64,000 bases of DNA from Octopus vulgaris (lineage: Eukaryota): assembly GCA_951406725.2 (NCBI GenBank), contig OX597819.1, forward strand, positions 85,622,001 through 85,686,000, given 5' to 3'. Of the stretch, positions 1 to 14,399 are shown piece after piece. How positions within the stretch are numbered: the first letter of the stretch is position 1; every line of letters starts with the position of its first letter. The notes below the pieces were generated by a model that saw only the letters and a list, made by a program, of their open reading frames with translations, was not told the DNA's origin and searched no databases. Made by a program: the position numbers and the translations under genes.

Positions 1-1025
1 TAGTACTTAGACGAATCTTTATTTCATATATTTCTAAACTTAGTTTTGTAATTATTAATTTTATTATAATTATTACTATTGTTATAGTTGTTGTTATTGT
101 CATTATCATTTAGATTTTTAAATTATGCAGTTAGATTATTAATTATCTTTTTAATTATTCATGATAATCATTTTTCTATTACTTTTTTTATTCATTTCTA
201 ATAAATTAATTAATCAATTATGTTTTTATTTTTAATTCATTTTTAATTCATATTTAATTTTTTTTTACCTTAGGTTATCCTAACAATATTAAGTCTATTT
301 TAAGTTTTAAGCATTTATTCCGTTTGGAAGAAGACATTTTATTCTAATTAAAATATATTTCTTAGTAAATAATATACCGATTATATTTTCCTTTGGGATT
401 CTCACCAGCCCAACATAAATTCTACCGAAAGCTTATATTTGAAATTACTTCTGACCAAATTACATATCCTTTGCAAATTCAATAATATATTCAATGAACA
501 GCTTACCAATACATGCCTTTTGCCTATTTGAATGAGTTGATAACAGTTTAAATACAGTGGGAATTTTATCATAACATTTTTCAACACTATATGAACCTTA
601 CAATTCCTAAGTAGGCCTGTTGGTAACCATACATATCATTTATACAGGTAAAATATTAAGTTGCTACTACCTATCTCCCTTAAAATGTTCTCTATTCCAA
701 ACATTGTGATGTAGCAGTGATAAGGATACGTTGGTGATAAGTCTCTGAATCTTTGTAGAATCTTCAAATCGATCAAATATGGGATCGATTAATATGCAAC
801 ACCAACGCAGACGAGAAATGCTTAAGCTGCTGAAAAAATATATAGTTATCCATTCGTTTGTGTTTTCTACTATACTCTGTAATCTTATACTGAATTTATT
901 CGGGGTATGAACTTTGGATTTGGGAATTGGATAGCCTGTAAAATGTAAATTTATGGACTACGTGGATCACAAGGGTTTCCAATGGACAATTTAGTTCGCT
1001 AAGTTTGATCCCAACAGAGTACATA

Positions 1026-2203
1026 CAGGGGCTGGACAAAATAATGCAAATACCATAAAATTTCAAACAAATTTATTTTAATATGTGGTAGGACCGCCTT
1101 TGGCAGTAATTACAGCTTGATTTCTACGAGGTATGGACTCGTACAAAGTTTGAATTGTTTCCAAAGAAATTTTTGTCCATTCTTCAGTTCTTGTAGCGAT
1201 GTTGGTGGAGGATATCGACTCCCTACTTGTTTTCTAAAATGCACCGCAAATGTTCAATAATATTGAGATCTGGGGACTGTGGTGGCCAGATAAGATGTTC
1301 AATTTCACTAGAAAGTTCCTCGTGCCATTCAGTAACAAATTTAGCTGTGTGAATTGGTGCATTATCATCCTGAAAGAATGCGTTTCCATCCGAAAACAGG
1401 ATGAATTTTATCCGATAAAAGGCTTAAATAGTCTTTATTATTAATTCTGCCATGAAGGGAAACCATTGGGCTCGTGGATTTCCAAGATATAGCCCCTAGA
1501 TCATGACAGATCCTCCTCCATGTTTAACATTTGGAATAAAGCTGTGTGAGTCAAATGGTTGTTTTGGCTGTATACACGGCCAGTGGTCGGAAATAAGGAA
1601 AAGGGTGACTGCTCTACGGACCAATACTGTAGGTTTTACTCCACTCTAAACGCTTTGCAACTTTTGAAAGTAGTGGTTTTCTGATTAGCATCCCTCCCGT
1701 GAAATCTGGCTTTGTGCAACTCCCGGCGAACAGCTTTTGTGGAAACTGGTTTCTCGAGGTGGTCATTAAGTCCTGCAGTAATTTCGGGAGGTGTACTTTT
1801 GTGATCCTTTCTAACAATTGGCTTAAGTGTCCGACGGTCCGTAAAGTTTTGGTTTTCTTCCGGAGTTTTGTTTGAACAATGAGTTTTTTCCCCTCTTTCT
1901 CAAAGGCTGTCATTACTTTCCAGACAGTACTTCTTGATACACCAAACATTTCCGCTATTTTCGTTATGCAAGCGCCTGCCATACGAGCACCAACAATTTG
2001 ACCTCTTTGAAAGTCCGATAGATTTTTATGAATTTTAATTGCCTTTTCTGATGATATCTGAAAAGAAACAACAATTTTAGCAAAACGTATTAAGCAACAC
2101 TAATAATAAATAAACAAAGTAAATAAGCTTTTGACAGTTTTATAGATATTTTAATATTATAATGCTATGATGATCGGTGTTTCCCTTATATGTTCAACCC
2201 CTA
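1026..2203 (-). mobile_element. Tc1-family (DD34E-type) DNA transposon, internally decayed
   Basis: Imperfect TIRs CAGGGGCTGGACAAAATAATGCAAATACC (1026) and GGTGTTTCCCTTATATGTTCAACCCCTA (to 2203) are flanked by TA on both sides. The minus strand encodes an HTH (IAEMFGVSRSTVWKV), FQDDNAPIHTA, WPPQSPDLNIIEHL and a C-terminal AKGGPTTY, with frameshifts. Confidence 0.93.
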
Positions 2204-2235
2204 TATGTTCACCTGAATTTTTAATATTAGTTTAA

Positions 2236-2270
<35 letters not shown>

Positions 2271-2620
2271 AGTAGTAAGGGGTTAATCCAAACATTTACT
2301 TGTTTGCTCTCAGTTAGGTATTCAAAGTAGGTTATTCAACAGTTGATATATAAATCCAATAATATTCTCTTAAGATTAGAATTTAGGTATATATTCCGTT
2401 GGATAATTCTGAAATATATTACCTTAACCATATAGGTTTCTCGGAATATATATCAACAGCAATAATTATAAAGATTATTACGAAGTGGCATAGCATTACC
2501 TTTAATTCTTTACATACACACACACACACACACACACGCACACACACACGCACACACACACACACACGCACACACACACGCACACACACGCACACACACA
2601 CACACACACAACACACACAC

Positions 2621-2655
<35 letters not shown>

Positions 2656-2658
<3 letters not shown>

Positions 2659-2795
2659 AAAATAGGGTTCAGTAAATTATTTTACTGAACCCTATTTTTA
2701 TAATGTAATGTTTCAAATATACCGTAAATGGTCTTTTTACATACTGAACACTACTTGGTAAAATTAATTAATAATTAATTAGTTTTACCCTTTTA
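2656..2795. mobile_element. Short (TA)n-embedded element fragment beginning with a 21-bp hairpin; same family as 24365-24500, 27340-27535 and 57060-57440
   Basis: ATAAAAATAGGGTTCAGTAAA-TTAT-TTTACTGAACCCTATTTTTAT stem. The downstream TTTTACATACTGAACACTACTTGGTAAAATTAATTAAT matches the other copies. (TA)n lies on both sides. Confidence 0.6.
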
Positions 2796-2800
2796 TTATT

Positions 2801-2843
<43 letters not shown>

Positions 2844-3084
2844 TAAAGGTACTGCCTGCCACTTCGTAACAATCCCTATCATTATCATTATCCATATACA
2901 TATATGGAGCAAATAATTCACGAGAAAAAATAATTAAATAATTCACCAAAGATAATTTGCGAAGATATCGTTAAATCTGTTATTATCTGGTGTAACAATT
3001 TAAAAAGATAACAGAATCAATAATGTAGACGATTGCAGGCCCTCATACATCATCTTCAACGGGAAAGTCAGTCATATACAGGCT

Positions 3085-3415
3085 AAAGACCCCCTTCGGT
3101 CATGTGTAACCATGGCATTACAGCTAGAAAATTACCATCTGAGGCACAAGTCCCGGCATGGTTGTATATGAAAGACCAGCAGTCGCTCACGAATATCAGG
3201 CTCTCCTCTCCTCACCACCGATTTTGTTCAAGGGAAAGGCAAAGGCCGATATAGCCTGGCCCCAGTGACATCACAGCTCATTTCTACAGATGATTGAACT
3301 GGAGCAACCCGAACTATAGTGTTTTGCTCAATAACACAACACAGCCCGATCCGAGAATCGAACTCACTACCTCATAATTGTGAGCCCGACGCTCTAACTA
3401 CTGAGACATGCGCCT
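3085..3415 (-). mobile_element. tRNA-derived SINE
   Basis: Reverse strand begins GGCGCATGTCTCAGTAGTTAGAGCGTCGGGCTC...GTGAGTTCGATTCTCGG, an A-box/B-box-like tRNA head, followed by a SINE body. Confidence 0.7.
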
Positions 3416-4644
3416 GCATACATATATAAATATACATATATATTGAAGTCGGTGGATAGACAGCTTTGTGTGTGTGTGTGTGTGGGGGGTGTACGCGTGT
3501 ATGCAACCAAGGAAAATGTCATTTTTGGCAACTCCTTTGTACATCATTGACATTCTTTGGACATCCTTGACATGGAGTAAGCCTGTTACTGCCCTATTAA
3601 AAGTATATATCTAACCGTTGGATTCTAACGCCTTTTGTTCAATACTTGCGAAATAAAAATCTGTGGCTAAAATTTTCTAAGTTGTGTTAACGTTTATGAT
3701 CTCCAGTTGTTAACCCGAAACCAATGATTTTCATATGTTTAAATATTTGCATTACTTTTATTATAATCCTCGATTAACGATTCTAGTATTTTGCCTTTAG
3801 GTTAATTCAGACTATCGATAATTTTAATGTAAAGTACCACGTAAAACTGTTCAGTGCCGACAAAATTTTATCGTTTCAAGTCATGTCTGTGTACATTTTA
3901 ATTTTAAATTAAATTTGCTTTTTTTCCTGGTAGTGTTTTTAAAATGACTACCAATGAAATCTAATTTTGAGCTAAAGAAATGCATATTTCAAAACGCTTG
4001 TTGTAAGATATCAATATGAAGCAGTACATTTTTTTTATACACTATCTCTGAATGCGGCCTTTACCAATTTTTTTTAATATATAACAATGGCTTAAAAACT
4101 GTGATTAGCAGTTAATAGTCAGTCAGCCACAATGTTTAGCTATGTTTTTTACATTTTAGTATAGCAATGACAATAATTATCTCCTCTGCGTCACAGACGA
4201 TTCTGTTATTATTATGTTATATCTGGAAATTATATGTGTGTGTGTGAATATATATATAAAACACATATAACACACACACACATATATATATATATAACAT
4301 TCACACATTCACACACACACACGCTCTCTCACACGCATACATATTATGTGTGTGCGTGTGTCTGAATTAGATTATAGAACATTTTAGCCACCTAACTACA
4401 CATAAAATGTTGACTTATTTTTGCTTGAAGTACCAAATTTATGGTCGCATTTATACAACTTGGTCACTGATAGGATTCCACTGCTTCTGTTGAAGATCAA
4501 ATACTGACGTTTTGGGAAGGCACAGGATATTTTCATTATAACCGTGAGTCTGATATGTAGTAGCTGTTTGACTTTGGACCTTTGGACCACTATTGCAACT
4601 GGACCAATTTTAGATTCAATTTCTCTGTTTCATAACACTGTATT

Positions 4645-5089
4645 GGGATCTTTTCGGTTTGAACGGCAGCTTTTTCTAGCGGCGTCATATGAAATTGTCA
4701 CCCATAATTATAACCCTAGTATCGATATATTGCATTTCAATCTGTTTTAGGGTTAGAGTTAGTTAGTGTTAGTTAGGGTTAGGGTTAGGGGTGGAGGAAG
4801 GGTATCTTTTTTCTTCACAAATGTAAATAAACCCAATCTGTTTCTTAAACGAGGGACATATTCATACAGCACAGAATGTTTAACTCAATGGACGTCATCG
4901 ATTGGTTGAAATTGCAGAAATTGAAAAAAAAAAAAAAAACAGCAAATATCTTACAAACTATAGAATTTTCTCAATAAAGCCAAGAGTAAAAGATGTTTTA
5001 TAAACACATTCTACCAGTATACGAAGTTTAAAATTTTTTAGTTACCTAGAAATTATGTTAAAAACTGCCGTTCAAACCGAAAAGATCCC
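4645..5089. mobile_element. MITE with 25-bp perfect TIRs, 6-bp TSD and an internal TTAGGG tract
   Basis: GGGATCTTTTCGGTTTGAACGGCAG ... CTGCCGTTCAAACCGAAAAGATCCC. TGTATT is duplicated on both flanks (4639-4644, 5090-5095). Confidence 0.9.
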
Positions 5090-6116
5090 TGTATTGTAAC
5101 AAACATTGAAAAACAAACCCGAAAAAATGATGTAAATTTGAAATATTTGGCCTCATATCAACTCTATAGACGTTTGCTATATAATAGGTAAAGAAGGTAA
5201 ACAAAGAAAGATAGATTAGAAATATGAAGTAACATGAAAAAACACATACGTACAAGCACATACGCACGGACACACACCCACACGCACACATAGAAGCGCG
5301 CGCACACATAATTGAATGTACGTAGTTTTGCATTTAGGTGTACTTCATGCAATACATGCAAGCTATGTTTCCATATTTACTAAATATGCCGCTATCATAA
5401 AAGAGGGAACTAGAGATATATGTTAGTAACTTTGAAATACAGATAGAGAAAACAGAAGAATCGAATCTAAAGTTCACTAACTGCGGTCCATATCAGAAGG
5501 TTAAATAGCAACAAAGCCATAACAGCCATAAGTTAAAAAAACTGAAATAACCATAGAAGTAAAGAAAATCCTGCCGAAGCATGTAAAATCTCACAACTGC
5601 TCTAGCAATAATTGAAAACTGAATATTAAAGCTTTCGTGTGGTTAAACTGAATTATCCCTTGATGTTACTACTTCAGTTTTAACGAAGTATAAAACCCAA
5701 GTCACTTGACAAGCAAATGCTAATCCAACACAACCCCCTCCCACCACAAATACAAACACACTTGCGAGCATGCACATGTGCGTGCGCCTGTACACACACA
5801 AACACGCGCACACATACTCACATGTACGAATGTATTTCGCTAATGATACAAGCAACTCCTTTCCGGAAGTTTTTCGAAAAAACGTAATTCTTTATAATTA
5901 ACAAGGTTGAATAAAGCACAACGTATCGCATTCTTTAATTTTCGTTTGGCTGAAAGGCTTTCAGTAATGTTAAGAGAAACCTATTCTTCTGTCATTCTTC
6001 ATATTTTGTTGTGTTATGTTCTAGCGCGTTATATCGTTCTTAAAAAAATAATTTTGCAGACAATCCCTTTGTGTACAACTCAGTTCGATGAGAATTTTAA
6101 TATTAACCATTGTGTA

Positions 6117-6690
6117 AGGGCGGCGCACTGGTAGAATCGTTAGCGCACCGGGTAGCGACATTTCGTCCATCTTTACACTGCGGTCGACTTTACCTTTCGT
6201 CCTTTCGATGTCGATAAAATAAGTACCAGTTGTGCATTGGAGTCGGTAAAATCAACTTAACCACTGCCTTGTAATTGTTCACCTTGTGTCAAAATATGAA
6301 ACTAATATTATTCATTGCCCAAAGGCGGTGAACTTGCAGAATCGTTAGCGCGCCGGGCAAAAGGCTTAGCGGATTTTCGTCCGCCTTTACGTTCTGAATT
6401 CAAATTATGCCGGAGTCGACTTTGCGTTTCATCCTTTCGCGATCGATAAAAATAAGTTCCAGCTGAGCAGTGGAGTCGATGTAATCAACGTACTCCTTCT
6501 CTTGAAATTGCAGGCCTGAAGGCGGCGAACTGATAGAATCGTTTGCATCCCGGGTAAAATGCTTGGCAGCATGTCGTCTGTCTTTACGTTCAGCACTCAA
6601 ATTCCGCCGAGGTCGACCTTGTCGTTCATCTTTTCGGGAACGGTAAAATAATTACCAGTTGGATACTAGGGTCGATATACTCGATTCAAT
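6117..6690 (+). mobile_element. Three tandem copies of a Deu/Nin-domain-like SINE
   Basis: Three repeats of GGCGG..CTGG(C)AGAATCGTTAGC...GTCGACTTTGCCTTTCATCCTTTCG..GTCGATAAAATAAGTACCAG start at about 6118, 6324 and 6521. Confidence 0.85.
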
Positions 6691-6889
6691 CTCTTTCTCA
6701 TATCTGTATGAGATTTTGATCTCCGTATAAAAGTAAAGGAATTGTAAAATTTACACTACATTTAGTGTTGACCGACATTTTGTAGATACAACACTGGGTT
6801 TTCTGTTAATGCAGCAACACACGCATGACGATTCTAAAACTATTTTTTTCGAAACAAATTTGAATAAAATGTCAAAAACGAAGAATGAC

Positions 6890-6989
<100 letters not shown>

Positions 6990-7276
6990 ATATGACCATC
7001 TATATATGACCATGATTTTCGTGGGCGCCACATAATTACAATAGTTTTCCTAACATCCAATTTTAGCTTTCTCCGTGGCAATAAAACTAATATATTCAAG
7101 GGTATGTGTATATTAATATTGTCTATTAACATGACACTCATATTTGCAATTCTAAAGTAATGTGGTTATACATACTTACATATACATACATAGATACATA
7201 CATACATGCATGCATACATTCATGCATGCATACAAACATATATAAATTCATATGTACATATATGTAATGTGTATGC

Positions 7277-7317
<41 letters not shown>

Positions 7318-7417
7318 TTATATTAAATAATATATTTATCTGTCTGTCTATCTTCTCTATCTATACATATATATATATACTTGTTTGTATGCATACATAC
7401 ATACATACATATAGGTT

Positions 7418-7489
<72 letters not shown>

Positions 7490-7699
7490 TGTATGCATGT
7501 ATGTATAGAAAGGGAGTGAGAGAGAGACATGGGAGAAGAATCAGTGATAGGAGAGAGAGAAAAAAAGACGAGTTTATTTTTGTTGAATGCTTTTGATTGC
7601 AGGCCTGCTCAACCTAACTCGAGGGCTAACTCGGACTAAACAATTGTAGTAACTAATATCTGCTTCTAATTTTTAATATTGTTATTTGTATCCAATATT

Positions 7700-8520
7700 T
7701 ATATCTAAAGAGCATAAACAGAACTTTCAATATTTCAGACAGCCCTCCAGAAACAATTAGTAACAAAAGTAACAGACCGTTTCCAATCTAACTGAAGCCA
7801 GTTAGACAATTTCAGAATTATTTAAAGCAAAGCGTTTAAAGCAAAGCGTTCACTTATTTGCAAGAATTATGTGATTAGCAGAATTCCGTCAATAAGCGGT
7901 AAATTCAAGACTTTGAAGCTTGTAATAAGCCAGCCTAGCACCGGTTTTGGCATTGTTAGTCAGGGAAGAGTAAATGATAGTGCGCATGACAGTTTCAGGC
8001 ACTCTCAGACTGGTGAGACCAACGAAAGTAATAAATTATTCAGGTGAAACATTGGGAGATTGATATCTGCCTAAGAAGAAAAGGGGTGGTTAGGAGATGA
8101 GGTGAGACTAAGGGAGAGGATGAGAGGAGAGAGAGGATGTGTCAGCAAAGCCTCTGTAGATCTATACAGACAGTTAGTTCAGAGGGTTGGAACAGTTGGG
8201 GCAGTGCTGTAAAGAAAGGAATGTGATGACAATGCGATGTGTTAACTTTAGAGTACTGAGGCATCTTTGTCATTTAAGTGACATCCTTTGAATAAGGCTG
8301 TACTAAGCATAACAGTAGAGTGAAGTACTACTCTACGGAGATACATGATCAGTTCTCATCCTAATGGGTAACACTTAAGGTTGTTATAATGTCATAACTC
8401 ATCTGAGATTGATCTTGAAGTAGATCAGCGTTTCAGACAGTCTTGGAAAGATTCTATGAGAGATGTTCAGTCATTGTGACAGGAAACAATTTGAAATGAT
8501 TATGAATATCATTTAAGTTT
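7700..8520 (-). mobile_element. Highly decayed LINE fragment (APE endonuclease-like region)
   Basis: Minus-strand remnants resemble endonuclease motifs (LSETL, CLYRS, FFLG..P). Many stops; boundaries are approximate. Confidence 0.4.
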
Positions 8521-9349
8521 AGAGAGGGTGTTGAATGAAACCGATTTCATTTTTTTTTTAATAAAATTGTGACTATGAAATTCTCCAAGGTTGGAAACTA
8601 CTGGTGAATTTTGTGGAAGAGAGGAAGATAAATTGATACATATATAGATAGATAGAGAGAGTGTGTGAGGGAGAGAGAAAGAGAGTGTGTGTGTGTGAGG
8701 GAGAGAAAGAAAGAAAGAGCAACAGAAGAAAACCTGGGTTTACAGTGATCACTTGATCACTGAATGACTCAGCGATTTGGGGAGAAGTTGAAAAAAAAAA
8801 AGAAAATTACGAACGTAAGAAGATTTGGGTACTAATATTTCCCAAATATTTTATTAGCTTCAATTTGCCATTCTATATTATCACCGACAATTATAACGTA
8901 TTTTCAATAAGAATCTATCATCACTAATGAATTTTATGTATTAGTCTTATGTTGACGTTGTAGAACCAGCGAAAGCTAATCCGAAACTGTTGGGAACCAA
9001 GCAGACTTGTGCCACATTTATGACAATACCGTTCATTATTTATTCCTAGTACTCTTCTGTTAACTGCTGTTGGGTATTAGAAACATGTTTCAATACAGTA
9101 TAAAGGAGACATTGTAATTGCGGTAGTGTCAACTATTTCGATCAATGCATTTAGTTTTATTCATAGAAAAATAAATAAATAAATAACCTGACAGATTTGT
9201 CAGTTTGTTGAACTGAAATTTTTCCTCATTTCGTCACTGAAAAAATGAAGCAAGTTCTGTTACGCTTTATGATAATGGAAATACAAATTCTGGATAACTA
9301 TGGATATTCTGACAAATTTCTAGGAATTATTGAATAAAAGGAATATAAT

Positions 9350-9892
9350 CTTTTCTACTCTAGGCACAAGGCCCGAAATATTTGGAGAGGGGGCCCAGTC
9401 GATTAGATCGACCCCAGTACATAATTGGTACTTAATTTATTGACTCGGAAGGGATGAAAGGCAAAGTCGATCTCGGCGGTATTTGAACTCAGAACATAAA
9501 GACAGACGAAATACCTATTTCTTTACTACCTACAATTGGAGAGAGGGGCCCAGTCGATTAGATACATAATTGGTACTTAATTTATTGACTCGGAAGGGAT
9601 GAAAGGCAAAGTCGATCTCGGCGGTATTTGAACTCAGAACATAAAGACAGACGAAATACCTATTTCTTTACTACCTACAATTGGTAAACACAGAGAGGAC
9701 AAACAAGGACAGACAAACGGATTAAGTCGATTATATCTACCCCAGTGCGTAACTGGTACTTATTTAATCGACCCCGAAAGGATGAAAGGCAAAGTCGACC
9801 TCGGCGGAATTTGAACTCAGAACGTAGCGGCAGACGAAATACCGCTAAACATTTCACCCGGCGTAATATCGTTTCTGACAGATCACCGCCTT
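9350..9892 (-). mobile_element. Cluster of Deu/Nin-like SINEs with a local ~140-bp tandem duplication
   Basis: GATGAAAGGCAAAGTCGA(T/C)CTCGGCGG..ATTTGAACTCAGAAC occurs three times. 9384-9535 is near-identically repeated at 9537-9680. Confidence 0.85.
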
Positions 9893-10339
9893 ATGGAGGA
9901 AATATAATACACATGCAATGATCAGAAAATTTATTTCGAATGAGAGACAATTTATCAATAAATAGAAAAAAAATAAAGGAGAGGTTCATTTTATTACAAA
10001 GTTATTTGAAAATTAGAAAGTATGAATACAGCAAAGATTTTATACAGTAGCTGAATTGGAATGCAAAGCCCTTCAGCGAAACACTTAAAAGGGCTGTTTA
10101 ATTAGTGATACTAATATTGCAAGGTGCGGTTTGGAGATAAGATCTATTTATAAATCTGGTTACAGATGTATTGCTACTTGAAAAGTTGACGTTTCTCAGA
10201 ATTTCAATGCAGTCTCTGGAGTCATAATATTTCGAAATTAAAACTAGGCACTATGCACTTTACAAAATAAAGTTTAAGTTGGTAGTTAATCGCTGATTGT
10301 GACACAGGAAGAAATTATACACACAAATTTCAATGTCTT

Positions 10340-13045
10340 TCAAAAGGGAAGTAACCGAGAGGATGATACTGGCCTATTGCAAAGCTAGTTTCACTTCATG
10401 AAATGATAAAGGCAAAAGATTCTCATACTGGCACAGACGTCGCCCGGATAAACAAGGTCTTCTCTGGTTCGTTACCGCTGCAGCAGCCAGTGCCGTGTAA
10501 GATACGACACAGGAAAACAATGAATATTGACGAATGGAATGATAGTACATTAATTCATAAAACAAGATATCAAAGACCTGAGGGCAACATTGCTCTTACT
10601 GCAAAGGAATTAGATAGATACAATGTCGACATAGCTGTTTCCGGTGAAACTAGATTATCTGGATATGACAGCATGGTTGATTATGGTTACACATTCTGCA
10701 GTGGTAATAGGGAAAAAGAACGGAGGGATGTGGATCTTGGCCTTGCAATAAGACATCCCATCACTTTACAACTGAAGGAAGACCCAATACTTGTCAATGA
10801 CAGGATCATGACAATGAGACTACTACTCTAAAAAAGTCTATGTCACAGCTGTCAGTGTTTACGCGCCCACAATGGATAAACTCCAGGAAGTGAAAGAAGG
10901 ATTATGTCTTAAGCTGGGAGAGGTACTGTGCAAAGTTCCCAGCAAAGGGAAGTTGATAACTGCAAGAGATTTGAGTGCAAGAGTAGTGACAGATCTAGAG
11001 AGAAGGATGGGAATATAATGGAAACAAAGGGCTTGAAGAAAAATGGAATATCTTCAAAATAACTACATAGGAAACGGCTGAATGAATCCTAGGCAAACTG
11101 GTGAAAAAACATGAAGATTAGTTCAATGAGAACGACATCCAACTACAGATCCTGCTGAAGGGACGGAACATTCCAAATCGAGGTAGCTAAATTACAACAC
11201 TAAGTCAAACAGAGGAAAACTGGTGGAAGCAAGAAGTAAGGTGCAACAATATGCTAAGAAACAACTGAAACCAGATTGGTGAGAGACCAAAACTGGAAAG
11301 CTGCAATATTATGCTGATAAAAACGATATAAATGCATTTTACTCAGGACCTCGAGAGGTATGTAGGCCACAGAGAAGAGGCAAAACAAATCTCATAGTTC
11401 TTGATGGCAAAGCAGTACTTCAAGAGAAATCTGACAACAATGATCGATTTGCCCATCTCTTTGACAGCCTCCTTCATATCTTAGGCATTCGTGGACCATA
11501 CTGCATTTCGGAAAGTTACACAAAAGCTAACCATCCGATCCTTATATGACGAACCTACTTACGAGGAATTGAATATTGCAATAAAACAAATGGAAGAGGA
11601 TAAAGCACCTGGCAGATGTTGTATACCCGCTGAAATCTGGAACCATAGATGTGTAAAACTTATTGAAAACCTGTGTAGCATTGTGTAAGACGGAAACAGT
11701 TCCACAAAACTGGAAAGACGCAGATATCATTCCTATCGTCAAAAACGTTTGTAGAGCGGACTTTAGAAATTGCATAGGAATATCTCATCTATCAATAGTT
11801 GGGAATATCTTGACTCGTATTCTATTAAACAAACTAAATCAGTATATCTGTCCAAATGTCTTACCTAAGACACAGTGTGGCTTCTGTTGTGGTAGAAGCA
11901 CTGTGGACATGATTTTCTGTCTTAAACTAATTAAGGAAAATATATTGAACAGAGCATACCTATGTATACAATGTTCATAAATTTACGAAGGCTTTTATCA
12001 CAGTTTCCCATGATAGTCTTTGAGATATTCTTACGAAATATGCATGTCCTTGAAGGTTCATCAACTTGGTCAAATCCTTGCACGGAGGAATGCAAGCCAT
12101 TGTAGTACAAAATTGTAATACCTCAAGCGAGCTTAAGATATTGATTTAAAGATGGGTGCTTACTTGCTCCAGCACTGCTATCCCTCTATCTCGCATTGGT
12201 GTTGGATATTGCCTTCGAGGGAATTGGAGGGGAAATTTAGATTCAGATGTGGCATGACGCTGATCTGTTCAATGCTGCACAGTATAAAGCAAAGTCGCGC
12301 ACTATGGAGGCCCTAGTATGAGAAATGCTGTTTGCTGATGATTGTGTATTAATTGATCACAGCGCTAAAAGATATGCAGAAACTAGTAGATAACTTTATC
12401 AGAACTGCACAACAATTCAGTCTTAATATCAACATCATAAAGTCTAAATGACTTTACCAACCTGTGGAAAACCTACGTGTCCCTGTAACAGAGGAAAACA
12501 TCACTAGTATATATGATAGGCTGACCTTGTGCAAAGCATATAAATACCTAGGCAGCAAGATCTGAGATAATGCACAACTGGACCAGGAGATCATATACAG
12601 AATGAGCAGACCTAATGCTTCATTTGGCAGGCTGCAGAAGCGGCTGTGGAGAAATAAGCATATTTCTTAACGTGTTAAATGTAAGCAATACCAGATTATA
12701 GTTTTCTCTCCTGTAGTACGGAGCTGATATCTGGAGAGTCTATAAAGCTCAAATATTCAAGTTACATTCATATATAATAAGACAGCTACGTCGAATTATG
12801 ATTATCATTCTCCTGGTAAGATCAGGAATAAGAGGTCCTACGGCGTGCTGGTTTGCCGTCTATGATGGAAATCCTCATCGATAGAAATTTATGCTGGTTG
12901 GGCCACGTACACAGAATGGATAACAGCAAACTCTCCAGACCACACCTTTATTCCCAACTATGCAAGGGGAAAAGAAATCATGGAAGAACCTAGACTGAGA
13001 TTCAAAGACACATCAATAAGGGAAATGAAGTGGAAAGGAACTGAT
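10340..13045 (+). mobile_element. RTE-clade LINE retrotransposon (APE endonuclease + reverse transcriptase), pseudogenised
   Basis: Endonuclease motifs WN..TL, ELDRYNVDIAVSGETRL, DRIMTMRL and VYAPT. RT motifs KAPG...IPAE, VPQNWKDADIIPI, QCGF..GRSTVDMIF, LFADD and KYLGS, plus C-terminal WLGHVHRM. Many frameshifts and stops. Confidence 0.93.
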
Positions 13046-13283
13046 ATACAAATGTATTTAAGGCACACGTTTTAGCCATCTCACTACAATTGTAAATTGT
13101 AAAACATAACTGTCACCACTATTACATGAAACTGAATATTGCAAAGCTTGTTTGAAAGTACTAGTTCAATAGGAACGGGCATTTAATATTCTGTCATTTC
13201 ATTATATCATATTATTTTATTATTATATTATTATAAGATTGCAAATAAAGCGTGAAAATCAAATTTGGAATTTCCTTGAGTAA

Positions 13284-13374
<91 letters not shown>

Positions 13375-13750
13375 ATATCTATATATATATATATATATAT
13401 ACATATACAAATATATATGTATAAAATATGTGTGCATGTGTATGTAAGGAGGTATGTAAGCGCAGGGATGCGGAAATACCTGGGTTGGTGTCCAGGTACG
13501 CGGTTGGCTTACTGGGAGCAGGAGGCCCCTCTATAGATTTCACAACATTTCTCTAAGTGAAGGAGACTCTGAGAGAAAACTTGCGACACTGACAATATGC
13601 GATGATGTAGACTAGTTCTCCTTTTCGAGTTTATTTTGTCCATGTTCAGAGCATGGGATTGGATGCGAGCAAATCCTTGCAAAATCATTGCTTGAAAAAA
13701 AGTAACACTTATCACAAAAATGCTTGATCGAATCCATGATATATATGTAT

Positions 13751-13834
<84 letters not shown>

Positions 13835-14399
13835 ACACACATGTATATATATGTCTAGGTAGATATATAAATAGATAGCTAAATGAACATAGACCATATG
13901 GTCCTTCCTCAGAAGTTGATATTTAGATATTTGTAGAAAAAATACGCTGATTTGCGTTGAGATGTGAAATATACGACGTTTTGGCCATTTCCTTTTTTTG
14001 AAAGGAAAGAATATTTGATCGCATAAAAATGTTTTCTCTCACGAAGGGCAAGTGTCCCAAATGTTGAATTTTTGTCTCTTCACAGAAAATCAATATACTG
14101 TTAGTCATTTCTTCAAAACTTTTATAGACACACTCATACACACATTACATATGTCTAGCATCGATCCCGTGCAACACTATTCTATCACTATCTCTATTTC
14201 TCTTTCCGTCTTCCTCTTTCTATATTCTTTTTATCTCCCCTTTTATGTATCTCATCCATTCTCTAATTCTCCCCCTTCACCGTCTCTCCCTGTCCCCCTC
14301 TCTCATTCACTCTTCCTCATTTGACTCTCTCGTTGCTCACACATGACCAGCAGTCATCTTTCTTCTCCTAACTCGAATATCTTTCTTCTCGTTCAGATA

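Noticed and set aside
402-587. 61-aa ORF, and the similar unexplained block 49140-50080
   Set aside because: No recognisable motif; possibly very old TE remnants, but I cannot support a call.
2048-2070. CTGATGA...GAAAC inside the Tc1 element
   Set aside because: No NUH triplet with stem I or stem III pairing; a chance match.
4747-4792. Telomere or chromosome-fusion relic
   Set aside because: The TTAGGG tract is short and internal to a TIR/TSD-bounded MITE.
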